From: Octopus bimaculoides
Lineage: Eukaryota
Direction: 5' to 3'
Assembly: GCF_001194135.2 (NCBI RefSeq)
Contig: NC_068982.1
Coordinates: 190,765,817 to 190,829,816 of the forward strand
DNA: 64,000 nucleotides
Shown here: positions 37,970-50,223 of the stretch, piece by piece
Layout: the number at the start of each line of letters is the position of its first letter
How positions within the stretch are numbered: position 1 is the stretch's first letter
The notes under the pieces: generated by a model
What the model was told of the DNA's origin: nothing
The model's database searches: none
Seen by the model: only the letters and a program-made list of their open reading frames with translations
Program-made: the position numbers and the translations under genes

Positions 37970-38510
37970 CACATCGAATAAAAGCACGTGGTTTAGTGGT
38001 TAGGGCATTCGGCTCACGATCGTAAGGTCGTGAGTTCAATTCCCTGCGACGCGTTGTCTCCTTGAGCAAGACACTTTATTTCACGTTGCTCCAGTCCACT
38101 CAGCTGGCAAAAATTAGTAGGACCTGTATTTCAAAGGGCCAGCCTTGTCACACTCTGTGTCACGCTGAATCTCCCTGAGAACTGCGTTAAGGGCACACGN
38201 NNNNNNNNNCCAGTCCACTCAGCTGGCAAAAATTAGTAGGACCTGTATTTCAAAGGGCCAGCCTTGTCACACTCTGTGTCACGCTGAATCTCCCTGAGAA
38301 CTGCGTTAAGGGCACACGTGTCTGTGGAGTACTCAGCCACTTGCACGTTAATTTCACGAGCAGTTTGTTCCGTTGATCGGATCAACTGGAACCCTCGTCG
38401 TCGTAACCGACGGAGTGCTCCTTTTTATACATCGAATGACCATGGGAACCCAGTAGAGTAAAACAGGAATCAAACGGGGTCCATAGGCAAAATCGGGTTA
38501 AAACCCACTG
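37781..38510. mobile_element. hAT (Charlie/MER5-like) MITE interrupted by a SINE
   Basis: TIR cagtggttctcaa / ttaaaacccactg; 8-bp TSD gtctacac / gtctagac. The uninterrupted relative is at 54053..54246. Confidence 0.8.
37984..38418 (+). mobile_element. SINE family B (tRNA head, CORE-like domain)
   Basis: gcacgtggtttagtggttagggc...gtgagttcaattccc...ttgagcaagacactttatttcacgttgctccagtccactcagctg...gtaaccgacggagtgc; flanked by atcgaat repeats. Confidence 0.88.
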
Positions 38511-39305
38511 GTCTAGACTCCGTTTTTTCCACTTTATCAAAGTTGATGGGGAGAATAGGAGAGTTTTATCAATTACAATCCTCCCGTGGTATCCAACTTT
38601 ATGAAGCTCACGACATGAGATTGGCAAGCTGGGGACTCGGCTCTCCACTCACTTTTACTTTCATAGTTGTTGTTTTTTTGTTGGTGGGAGTTGCAATAGG
38701 TTTCCCTGTTCTGTGATCTTTTTCTGTAAGAGCTGGTTTTTACCTTGGTTTTCAAATGTCAGCATGATTTTAGTAACTGTACTTCTTTGAAACAATCAAT
38801 TCAACCGTTTTATTAGCTGAATCTCCGGCCATCTTTGTTTGTTCCAACGATTTGTCCTCTTTGAGATCGGTCACTGAAGTACAAAGCATACATAATGCAT
38901 AAATAACAACAGACGTATGCAAACTGGAACAGTTCTGAAATTGTCGTATTGCCAATAGAAAACCATAAATAACAAGTGTTGTCTCCATTATTTGTCCAAC
39001 CCCTGTACATAGGAAAGTAATTTTCGTGTTGTTTTGCTGTTCAGAAGAATATACGTGTGTGTGTATGTGTGTGTATACACACAAGATAACCAGCCGATAA
39101 CATAATATGTATGGAGATCTGTTCGCAGTCGTCATCATCATCTGTCAACACTGTAAAGCTCAGTAAAGAATGCACACACACACACACACACGCTGCTTGT
39201 GTTTTTGTCTAATAAACACTCGTGACTTGAAGTTTTTATTTATTTATTTATTTACTCAGACATTTCGTTTTGATTATAACATGAACTATTGAAAACCAAA
39301 TCGCT

Positions 39306-39352
<47 letters not shown>

Positions 39353-39523
39353 CTCCTCCTCTCACCTCCTCTTCTCTTGTTTCTTTTCCTTCTCTCTTCT
39401 GTCTCACCCCCTCTCTCTAACATGATGCTATAGAAAAGGTTTCCTTTTGTCAACCGACCTTACTCTTCTGGCTACATTCTCTCCAAGAGTTGATACATGC
39501 ATTCTCACACATGTTCACGCATG

Positions 39524-39577
<54 letters not shown>

Positions 39578-39713
39578 CACACATACATACACACCCATAC
39601 ATATACACACACGTACATGAATACATACACACACATACATACCTATGCAGTTACATGTGAACACATACGCACGCACACACAGTCCATTCCTAAACATGTA
39701 ATTATTAAGATGT

Positions 39714-40013
39714 AGGCACAGGCATGGCTGTATGGTAAACAGCTTGCCTCCTAATCACGTGGCCATTGCATGGAACCTTGAGGCAAGTGTCCCCTACGAT
39801 GACCTCAGACTGACCAAAGCCTTTTGAGTGGATTTGGTAGACAGAAACTGAAAGAAGCCCGCCGTATATATTATAGCAGTTCAGCAAAAGAGACCGATAG
39901 AATAGTACTAGGCTTTAAAAAATTACTGGGGTCAATTTGTTGACTAAAATTCTTCCAGGCAGTGCTCCAGCATGGCCACAGTCTAATTAATGAAACAAGT
40001 AAAAGGTAAAAGA
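39714..40013 (+). mobile_element. SINE family C, internally deleted, CpG-decayed
   Basis: Head gcacaggcatggctgtatgg and 3' cagcatggccacagtc...gaaacaagtaaaag. Confidence 0.75.
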
Positions 40014-40014
40014 T

Positions 40015-40215
40015 ATCTCCAGTTAACCTACAACTGGCTGAGTACTCCACAAATACATGTACCCTTAATGTAGTTCTCCGAGAGATTCAGCATGACACAG
40101 AAAGTGGCAAGGTTGGCCTCTTTGAATTACAGGTACAACTCATTTTGAGCAGCGGAGTGGACTGGAGCAATGTGAACTAAAGTGTATTGCTGCCAGGAAT
40201 CGAACTCACGTCCAC
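40015..40215 (-). mobile_element. SINE family B, decayed
   Basis: gagtactccacaaatacatgtacccttaatgtagttctc...gagtggactggagcaatgtg, reverse of family B. Confidence 0.7.
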
Positions 40216-41035
40216 ACAATCCTAAGCCAAATATCCTATCCACAAAGCCACCTGTTTTAATTAGTAGCACATGTTTCACTCCTTACCTGTCAGAAACTTT
40301 GTGGTGTGCCAGTGAACCCATCCTCTTAGGCAAGGCTCTCCACCCCCAACTAAGCAAAACCTCACTCCCAAGTAATTTTGCCATAACTGTGCTGCAGGAA
40401 TTAAGGTCAAACCACACCTTACAAAACTTGGCCCAACCCCCCACCCTTATTGACAGTAGCGTGGGATTTGTGAGAGATTTGGCTGCTATTTCTGTTGAGT
40501 CAAAGTTAACGTGGTGGAAACTCAGGAGGTTCCAAAGAATGTTAAAACTCTACAAAATAGTTTGGCAACCTTGTTGGGTTTGGAACTGAATATCATAAGA
40601 ATTATAAGTCTGTGAATGCCCTGAAACGTATATGTATGTATACATACAAGTGTGTATATGTAGTTGTATGTATATGCGTGTGTGTGTGTGTGCGTGTATG
40701 TATCCACCTACACAAGCTGAATGACTCGTACTCAGCACCACGTCTTCTACAAGACCATCCAAGATGCCCACCTCTCAACATAAGACTCTCCTTAAACACT
40801 TCCATTTCCTAAACTGCAGCCAATCCTTTTGGTGCTTTACCAAAACGGTTTCTACTCACTCTGTGGAATCTAACCATCCCTTCATTTCTAAATGTTGATG
40901 GTTCAGTGAACCGTACTCACACAGGAAAAGCATCCACTTTCACTGCCTTTTGCGCATCCAGCCTGACACAAGCTAAATACCCATCTAAACCTATCCCTTT
41001 TTATTCCACCAGCTTCACTGCCACACACACACACG

Positions 41036-41105
<70 letters not shown>

Positions 41106-41249
41106 TGATACTACTACTTTCAGTCATTTGAATCCAACAAAACCACCAGTCTCAACCATCTTCCTTCCATTTCTGTTAAACAAGGCTTCACACAGCTACA
41201 GACTCCCTACTCTCACTAGTCCTCTGTTCCATTGAGAACACCTACAAAA

Positions 41250-41568
41250 TGTACATTATTTACATTATTTACATTTGACAGATATTTGTCCTCATCTTGT
41301 TTGTTGTTAACACAACGTTTCGGCTGATATACCCTCCAGCCTTCATCAGGTGTCTTGGGGAAATTTTGAACCTGGGTTCTCATTCCTAAGGTATTTTTCA
41401 ATGTTATTATTATTATTTAGGTCACTGCCTGGAATTGAACTCGGAATCTTGGGGTTAGTAGCCTGTACTCTTAACCACTAGTGTTAACAACAAACAAGAT
41501 GAGGACAAATATCCGTCAAATAATGTAAATAATGTACATAATTCCTCATCTCTTGAATATGGAACTGT
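41250..41568. mobile_element. Second fold-back family F element, centre and part of right arm deleted
   Basis: Left arm with hammerhead and tRNA head (minus); right arm starts gtgttaacaac at 41481. Confidence 0.85.
41309..41354 (-). ncRNA. Minimal hammerhead ribozyme, intact core
   Basis: 46/46 identical to 30342..30387. Confidence 0.85.
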
Positions 41569-42224
41569 ATTATGTACAAAATGTGTTTCGATCTATTGGG
41601 CCTTCACAATATCATGGGTACCAGTCATACATCAAGGGTACAGTAAGGACTTCCAAAATGTCCGTTATTTGTGATGTTGATGTTGTTGTTGGATGAAGAA
41701 TGAAACCTTAAGCAAGTAAGCAAACTTCCTACCATTGTTCGACATAGAAAAGTCTTTAATTAATTATTCTGCTTTAGCAGTTTAGCATNNNNNNNNNNGC
41801 ATCAGCTGAAAGGCTGTTAGAGAACCCCCCTCCCCCAACAGAACAATGGTTTATTCTTCAGGCCTAGTCTCTAGTTGTTGTTTACAAATCACTAAAAGTC
41901 GAGAGAATGATAGCAAAATATGTTTTTAGTTCAATATTGATTGCTTTGAATTTCTTACATGTGTGTAGGTATGTGTGTGTGTGTGTGTTGGTATATGCAT
42001 ATATTTGTATGTATCTGCTTCATGTGTAGGTATGTATATATGTACCATGTGTGGGAGGGTGTATCCGTTATGTGTGTGTGTGTGTGTGTTTCATATTTCC
42101 ATGTGTGTATGTTTGCATTACATGTGAATGTATGGTTATTATGTATGTATGTATGTGTTATATGTGTGGGTATGTCTCACAGCATGTCTATTCGTTGTAG
42201 TGCTCCAGCATGACCACAACTTAG

Positions 42225-42425
42225 TATCTTTTACCTTTTACTTGTTTCAGTCATTAGACTGTGGCCATACTGGGGCACCATCTTAGAGAATTTTGGCTAA
42301 ATAGACCCCCCCCCCCTAATATTTGTCTTTTTTTTCTTTAACCCTGCTGCTTCTTCTATCAGTATCTTTTGCCGAACCACTAAGTTATGGGGATGTAAGC
42401 ACATCAGCACTGCTTGTCAAGCAGT
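42225..42425 (-). mobile_element. SINE family C, 3' half
   Basis: tttacttgtttcagtcattagactgtggccatactggggcacc...ccgaaccactaagtta. Confidence 0.75.
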
Positions 42426-42450
42426 AGTGGAGGACAAACTCAGAAACAAA

Positions 42451-42498
<48 letters not shown>

Positions 42499-42499
42499 A

Positions 42500-43030
42500 G
42501 GCACAGGCATGGTTGTGTGGTAAGAAGCTTACTTCCCACAAAAAAGAATGGGACAGTGCCGGCGGTTTGCAATGCACTGTCGGCATATCCTGAGGCCTCG
42601 TCAGTGGGATTTGTGCCACCGACAGAGGAAGCTGTGGCCCCTGCCAGTGAAAATAATGAAGAATATGTGGTCTTCTATCTCAAGGGAGGGGCTGTAGAGA
42701 ACTTTGTAAATAGATTTGAAGGTCAGGAACTGGTGGTCCTGACCTGCATTGATAGTCCATATTGGCCTCCGCAGGTGGCTGCGGAGGTCATGGAAGAGCA
42801 CAATAAAGTGATGGTATGTTGTCAACTTAATGTGACAGTCTCATGAAAGGGAAGAATGCTACTGTTATTTAGCCCTAGGAAACACAGTTCCCTGTTGGAC
42901 TTGACACATTTCCTTTGTCCTCATATTTTCAATGTGGAGACAAGTACCTCCACCCAGCAAAGCCAGCATCCAGAGACTCTGAAACTAATCCCTGGATGCT
43001 GGCTTTGGTGGCTGCTGGTGCTTCTCTCAA
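42500..43030. mobile_element. SINE C head (42500..42540, +) cut by an insert resembling a decayed LINE ORF1 segment (minus)
   Basis: Head stops abruptly at cttccca|caaaaaag. The insert is higher in GC and reads RPIWTINAGQDHQFLTFKS on minus, loosely like a pre-zinc-knuckle region. Weak resemblance only. Confidence 0.3.
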
Positions 43031-43484
43031 CAAGCAACAATCTTCTGTCTTTTATTTCTCTTCAGAGTTTTCCTTTCTGTGTTTTTTTTCTACATCTTTT
43101 CATCGTTTTTCCTGTCAACAAACTAATGAAGATCCATGGAGATTTTTTTGGTTTTGCTTTGTTATTACGTTTTTTTTTCCTTTTATTGAGACTTCATAAT
43201 AGTCTGAGCAGCTTCCTGAAGAAACATTGTTAAGAGCCTTAGTCTCTCTCCTCTCTCCACACCCCCCACATACACTCTCTCTCTTTCTCTCTCCCTCTCC
43301 CCCTCTGGAACAGTGTCAAGACCATAAAACATTATATTAGTTTTGTTGTTCATTAAATTCCCATCCATTCTGAATTCTTACTTATTTTTCACTCCACAAC
43401 GAAAAGAAGCTGAAATCCCTCTTCCTGCTGTCTCTAATCTTTGTTCTTATTATTCCATGTGTGTGTGTGTATAAATGTGTATCA

Positions 43485-43530
<46 letters not shown>

Positions 43531-44513
43531 GAGCATCATTTCCATGTCAGCTTTTCTCCATGCTTATTATTTATATAAGTTGGCTGAAGCGGAGACGGTG
43601 TTTGATGGCCAGGTGCCCTCCCTGCTCCTAATCATCACCTGTTTCTCAAGCAAGATGTTATCATTCCAGTTTTCTCATGTTGAAACTATCAAAGCTACAG
43701 GAGGAGATGTAAATTCTAGATTTGATAAATAAGATTTCAGTAAAAACCTTGTAGAATGCTATGCAAAGCTCATCCACAGCTATTGGCTACCTGATGTCAT
43801 CATACGGTGGGAAAATGTGTCAAAACAATTGTAATGATTTTCATTAAAGAATGTCATTCATTCCATTTTCTATTATTTGTCTGTTTATATAAATTCTAGA
43901 TTTGGCTATTTCATTTAAACTCTTTTTAATTGGTACAATATGCTGTCAGTAAATTTTATTCAATAACGTCCAATGTAATTCTAATTTCTTTACATGTGGT
44001 CTTTCATCTTACATTCACTTCAGTGTTATATTCCTACAATGTTTTAAAAGTGGAGAGGTTATGGATCTAATTCGGTTTATTTCTGTTTCAAAAATGGTTA
44101 GTTGTCAAGTTACTTTAGCTTGTCAGATTTTTACTTCGAACTTTGATGTCATTTAGATTTTTGAAACGGTAAACAAAGCTATTCCTGATTGTCTTTTATA
44201 GTATTTTTATAGAATGTGTGTTGGATATCTCTTTACTTTGAAGCCTTCTAGTAAGAATAGCCTCTTCTTTTAATTTTGTAAAGTTTGTCTTATGTTTAAT
44301 TGTGTGTGTATGTGTGTGTGTGTGATCATCATTTGATATTTATTTTCCATGCTGGCATGGGTTGGATATACGTGTGTGTGTGTGTGTATGTGTGTGAAAT
44401 TAAAAAAACTAGACCAAAATTATCCATGCAAATATTTTGAAAATGAAACTGACGAAATAGAGAATGCAGAGAAAATTATGATAAGCACTATTGAAAAATC
44501 AGGCTAATGTTTA

Positions 44514-44741
44514 TTTCTTTATTGCCCACAGGGGGCTAAACATAGAGGGGACAAACAAGGACAGACAGGGATTAAATCGATTGCATCAACCCCAGTGTGT
44601 AACTGGTATTTGTTTAATCGACCCCAAAAGGATGAAAAGCAAAGTCGACCTCAGTGAAATTTGAACTCAGAAGGTAAAAGACAGACGAAATACTAATAAG
44701 CATTTCGCCTGGTGTGCTAATGATTCCGCCAGCTGGCTGCC
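44514..44741 (-). mobile_element. SINE family D, CpG-decayed
   Basis: Reverse complement of 50224..50458 with many CG to TG/CA changes. Confidence 0.85.
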
Positions 44742-45053
44742 TAATATTAAAACCCTTTTGATACCAACTCATTTGAGACTAGCCCTGATTTTTGGATACA
44801 AATTTCCTGCTTCAAGTGATTTGGGTTTAAAACCTTCAATCAAAAATCTATGCTGTTTCAGACAAAGTTATAATGACTAAATCTCTTCATTTTTTTTTTT
44901 CATAATTAAAATGAAGGTGACAAGGGTTGGAACCTGAATTTGACGTGGCAAATTAGTTAATCTGTATATAATACTTAATGCAAATATATCACAGCAAACT
45001 GAATCAACTGTGGTTTTCATCAGGAAATGAGATTATCTCTTATGGGCATACTC

Positions 45054-45088
<35 letters not shown>

Positions 45089-45616
45089 GTGTGCACCACA
45101 CTGACCATAACTGTATCTTCTCTCTACGTTTCATCTTTTCTACCCCTGTTTATTCCCCTTATCATAGAAATCCCCCCTCTCCCTGCTTTTCATTTCTTCT
45201 TCTCTATTTCTGCTCCTCCTTCCTATGCCATTTTTATACCTTCCCTCTCCCTACCTTTTGTTTTTATTCTTCTGCCTCTCTCCCTTCAACCTTTAAATCT
45301 CTCACACAGACTACTTTTGCCACTTTTCTCTTGATGAGGGAAGCTGAACTTGTGGTAATATCTCTGTGTGACTGGTTGCATCCCCAACACTCTTTGCACA
45401 TTTCATCTGTAAATTATAAGCATTATGATTATTACATAAATCCAGGCCTCTTGAAACAGCTGTCCAGTTAAGAAATCGTCTATTTTCTTCTTAATATTCT
45501 GTAGTTCTTATTCATACATGTATGAGTTTATCTTTTTGAATATATGTAGATATACGTGTTTGTGTGTAAATGTATATGTTGGGCCTAATTGTGTTTACCT
45601 GCATCATTACCTCTTC

Positions 45617-45648
<32 letters not shown>

Positions 45649-45681
45649 TGGTTCGTCCATTTATACATAGTAACAACATGA

Positions 45682-45995
45682 AAGTGCTTGGATTATCGGT
45701 TAGAGTATTCAGCTCACAATCGTAATGTCGTGAGTTCAATTCCCGGAGGTGTGTTGTGTCTCTTGAGCAAGACACTTTATTTCACATTGCTCCAGTTTGC
45801 TGACAAAAATGTGTTATACTTGTAATTCGAAGGTCCATCCTCGTTGCATTCTGTGCCACACTGAATCTCCTTGAGAACTACGTTAAAGGTACACGTGTTT
45901 GTGGAGAACTCAGCCACTTGCATGTTAATTTCACGATGAGGCTGTTCTGTTGATTGGATCAACTGGAACGCTCATCGTCGTAACCGACGGAGCGT
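45682..45995 (+). mobile_element. SINE family B
   Basis: gtgagttcaattcccgg...ttgagcaagacactttatttcac...catcgtcgtaaccgacggag. Confidence 0.85.
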
Positions 45996-46129
45996 CAGTC
46001 AGTCACATAGTAACACCCGAATAACTCTGCTCCAAGCAGAAGAGTCTCCATAGCAGGTTATGAGAAATGCTCAAAATAAATCTTCCACCATTAACACTCA
46101 TCTCTCTTACTTTCTTTCTCTCTCACTCA

Positions 46130-46560
46130 CACTAAACCCTTAAGAAGGCGAGGACCGATGTCCCACCAAATATTCTGTACCACTCAGAGCACTTTACAGC
46201 ACTCTAATGCGCCAGTAGGCGACGTTCCATCCATGACGTACACTCACTTCAAGATTTCAGGTACGAGCTGAAGGAATGTTTTCCACACACAAGAGTGCTT
46301 CGTCGACTTCCCTTTGCAGAACAACAGTCAAACGGGAAGGTTTGCTAATTGATGCAATGTGTTTGTAGTCAAAAGCGAGATTGTTTGAAGTAAAGCTTTG
46401 TCTGTGGAGGGCAGCGGGCATGGCATTGACAGTGTGACGTTTGGTGTTGCTGGTAATGTGTATGTGTCTGTTTACCACCAGGTGCCTGGTCTTTGTAGTG
46501 CAGATTTATGGTGATCAGAGTTGATGAAACTGTTGTTAGCTTTATTGACATAACTTTTGA
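46130..46560 (-). mobile_element. Probable decayed LINE 3' fragment
   Basis: Non-repetitive, coding-like composition between SINEs; frameshifted minus-strand pieces include a C-x-C-G-K motif. No clean ORF. Confidence 0.3.
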
Positions 46561-46920
46561 AGGTTTGCCTTCAGTTAAATACTCCTACAATAACTTTGGT
46601 ATTCGTTAGTCCTATAATAATCTTGGGAAAGCAGTTGTTTACTTTCCTGTGTGTGTGTGCGTGTCAGTATACGTGTGCAGAATTATCAGATCGTACACAC
46701 ACATACGTACATACACGCATGAATGCTAGCATGCATACATACGTACATGCCTACATACATACGTACATGCATGCATATATATGTACATGCATAGATACAT
46801 ATGTACATGCATGCATACGTACATACATACGTATACATATGTATACTTAAATGCAATCAGAAGGGCGTACTTGAAATATTTACAACAGAAACCGGAACAA
46901 ATGCCATAATAGCAACTATA

Positions 46921-47233
46921 GGAGCACTCCGTCAGTTACGACGACGAGGGCCCCAGCTGATACGATCAACGAAACAGCTTCCTCGTGAAATTAACGTGCA
47001 AGTGGCTGAGCATTCTACAGACACGTGTCCCCACAACGTAGTTCTCAGCGTGACACAGAGTGTGACAAGGCCAGCTCTTTGAAATACAGGTACTTCTCAT
47101 TTTTTTTGCCAGCTGAGTGGACTGGAGCAACGTGAAATAAAGTGTCTTGCTCAAGAACACAATGCGCCGCCGGGAATCGAACTCACGACCTTACGATCGT
47201 GAGCCGAATGCCCTGACCACTCAGCCACGCGCC
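46921..47233 (-). mobile_element. SINE family B, full length
   Basis: Reverse complement of the 37984 copy; head ends gccacgcgcc. Confidence 0.88.
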
Positions 47234-47272
47234 TTCACTAATAGCAGCAATGAATAATTATATATACGTCAT

Positions 47273-47344
<72 letters not shown>

Positions 47345-47356
<12 letters not shown>

Positions 47357-47530
47357 ACAGGCGTGTGGCCAAGTGATTGGGTATGGTACACTCATGATTG
47401 TGAGATTGTGGTTTCGATTCCCGGACCAGACTGCGTGTTCTGGTCTTGAGCAAAACTCTTCATTCACGTTGCTTCAATCCACTCAGTTGTGAATGGATAA
47501 CCCTGCGACGGACTGGCGTTTCTCTTAGGG
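47345..47530 (+). mobile_element. tRNA/CORE-like SINE variant
   Basis: ggtttcgattcccgg B box, ttgagcaaaactcttcattcacgttgcttcaatccactcag core, different downstream sequence. Confidence 0.65.
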
Positions 47531-49358
47531 GTGGAGGGGGGAGACATTAGCCTACCCGCCTAGAAAGTAGGGTGCAATCATTCGAAAGTTACAACAATGC
47601 ATGAAAGCGCATTGTGACCAGCGATGTATAATCACATCTGATAGTCTAAGTCGATAAAGTCATATGTATAAAACAAAGAATTGTTTATTAATATATTTTC
47701 AATACAGAGTGAAGAGTAATGTCTGTCACGAGCGGACGGACAATGGGAAGGTATTATGAGAGCCGGATTCGTTGCTATTTGCGTGACATCTTGAGCAGGA
47801 GCCGTTTCCATAGTCTCTCGGTCGACAGAAAATGTATGGAAGCCTATCAGGCGGATCGTACCTGGAAGATAAAGATGCACGTGTCTGCAGCCGTCACTTG
47901 CTGCAATTGGAATACATGTCGAGTCTGACGGAGGTCAATTTAGAAAGTCTATGTGTGTGTGTGTGTGTGAACAAAGTGGACCCCATACCACGGCGATGGG
48001 GGTGGGTTCCTAGATTTTGTCTTTTCTGACAAAAATGAATATAAATTTATTCAAATGTTTTGTTGGAAATGGATCAAGGACACAGTTATCGTTTATAGAA
48101 GAGGCTTTGCTCCCCTAGTTTTGGGACCAGAGTGGTCCTTCTCATAGGCTGCTTGTCATCCAAGGCTAGAGTACGGCCTACGCGGAGCACTGGCTATTTG
48201 AAAGCACCAGACTGTCGCTTTTTAAACACCCTTCTCCTGTTAGTTCAGCGAAGGAGTCGGGCTTGACTGTCAGAGGCTATGTTTTGTACAGGCCATTGGG
48301 GCATTCTATTGGTGAAGGGCACTCAAATCCTTTCACCACCCCCAGCATTGACAGTTTTCAAATCGGATAAATCCAATAATAGAAAAGTTGGGTTTCGAAT
48401 TAGTCCAAAACCGTTTCTAAGGTCGTTCGTTTTTTTTTGTTTTTTTTTTGACGGTGAAGGGTGTTCAAAGCGTTTTCATCCTCCACTCCCAATTTTTAGA
48501 GGGTGCACTTGCACTTCCTTCCCCCACCCATCCCTGTTCCTGAGACTATCAGCAGTGCTTTAAACGAAGTCTCTAAGAATCCATTGAGAGACACACAACA
48601 CGTGTGAACACAAACTGATGGAAGACAGTGATGGTGAAGAAATATACTAAATAAAAGACGGCCAGATTACACGCTGGTGTGTCCGGTCTGTGAGTGCTGC
48701 GTGAATAATACACAAGATCTTCCAGTTGAGAATATAACTGCAATATGAAACGCTGACATTTTCTCTCGCTAGTCTTTCGAAGTTGTTTGTTTATAGTTTT
48801 TTCTCGATGATAAATGAGAAATTGTAATTTTATCAGATTTTCTGATCATCAAATTTGAACGTTAAATAAAAAATAAATAAATGAATGAATTCAAGTTGGT
48901 CAATCGAGTTTAGCTGTTGAGATACAGGTTCTTTTCTCATGAAAGTTTCCAGCGATCAATCAATCAATTTTTATTTGTTTTATTATTTCTTTATAATGTC
49001 TCCGGATCTCCTAGCGTTACATCGTAGACCAAGAAGAGATAAGCCCCACCCGGCCTGCTAAGTCTGCAATTTTAGATTCAAGTTAATTTCGTTTTTTTTT
49101 TTTCTGTTTTGTGTGTGTGTATGTGTGTTGGAAGGGTCATTACGCACGCACTGGTTCAATATCACTTCAACCAACTGACTAAGCGATCGTCTGTTTAATG
49201 TCCTGGTTAAACACTCAATCGGCTGTTTCTTGGTCAAAGTTCCTTTGTCGCTGTCTGCGACCTTTTCACTGACTTAGTGACTTTTCTTCTCGCTCCAAGA
49301 CCAGCTCTGCGTCTGTCTGAGAATTGGTCTTGTGTCTGGCTGTGTGTATGCATGTCTG

Positions 49359-49437
<79 letters not shown>

Positions 49438-49687
49438 CCTGTGTAAACCAAAAATATATTTTCGGTTTCCTTTTCTCTTAACTTGCAAGACATCTGTGCC
49501 GAGTTAAAAGAAAAGAATAATTATCTCGAGTCAAGCAGCTGAGGTCAAGAGGTCATGGTGAGCTGTTAATGGTGGAAAAACGAAGTGTCTTGTTTTCATA
49601 CATTGCAGGGCTCTGGAGTCGGAGTTGGTAAAAAAATCTATCGACTCCGACTAAGAGGAAATCTCCATGTAATAATAGCAGCCGACA

Positions 49688-50053
49688 GGTGCAGGCCTGG
49701 CTGTGTGGTAAGAAGTTTGCTTCCTCACCGCATGTCTCCGGGTTCAGTTCCACTGCGTGGCATCTTGGCAAGTGTCTTCTACTATAGATATGGACCAACC
49801 AAAGCCTTGTGAGTCGATTTAATAAACAGAAACTGAAAGAAGCCCGTCGTTTATATATGTGTGTGTGCGTCTGTGTTTTCTCCCTGCACTGCTTGACAGC
49901 CGGTGTTGCTTTGTTTACGTTCCCGTAATCGATAGAATATGAGTGCCAAGCTTTAAAAAATAAGTAGTAAGGTCGATTTATTCGACTATAAATTCCTCAT
50001 AGAGGTGTCCCAGCATGGCCGCAGTCCAATGACTGAAACAAGTAAAAGATAAA
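49688..50053 (+). mobile_element. SINE family C
   Basis: Complete head-to-tail match to family C. Confidence 0.88.
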
Positions 50054-50223
50054 CGCATGGTAAAGAAAGTATACTTCCAAACTCTCACTCTCTCTCTGTT
50101 TAACATTTCAATTGCTTGCAAGGACACAATATTTCGTTTTGCAACCCTAATATACTATTAAGTATATTAAAGGTTTTCAAGTCAAGATTGTGCCTTCAAG
50201 AAGTCAATATTAGCGCTCGTAGA

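Noticed and set aside
38089-38318. Exact ~110-bp tandem duplication inside SINE B
   Set aside because: The two copies are identical and separated by a 10-N placeholder gap, typical of an unmerged contig overlap.
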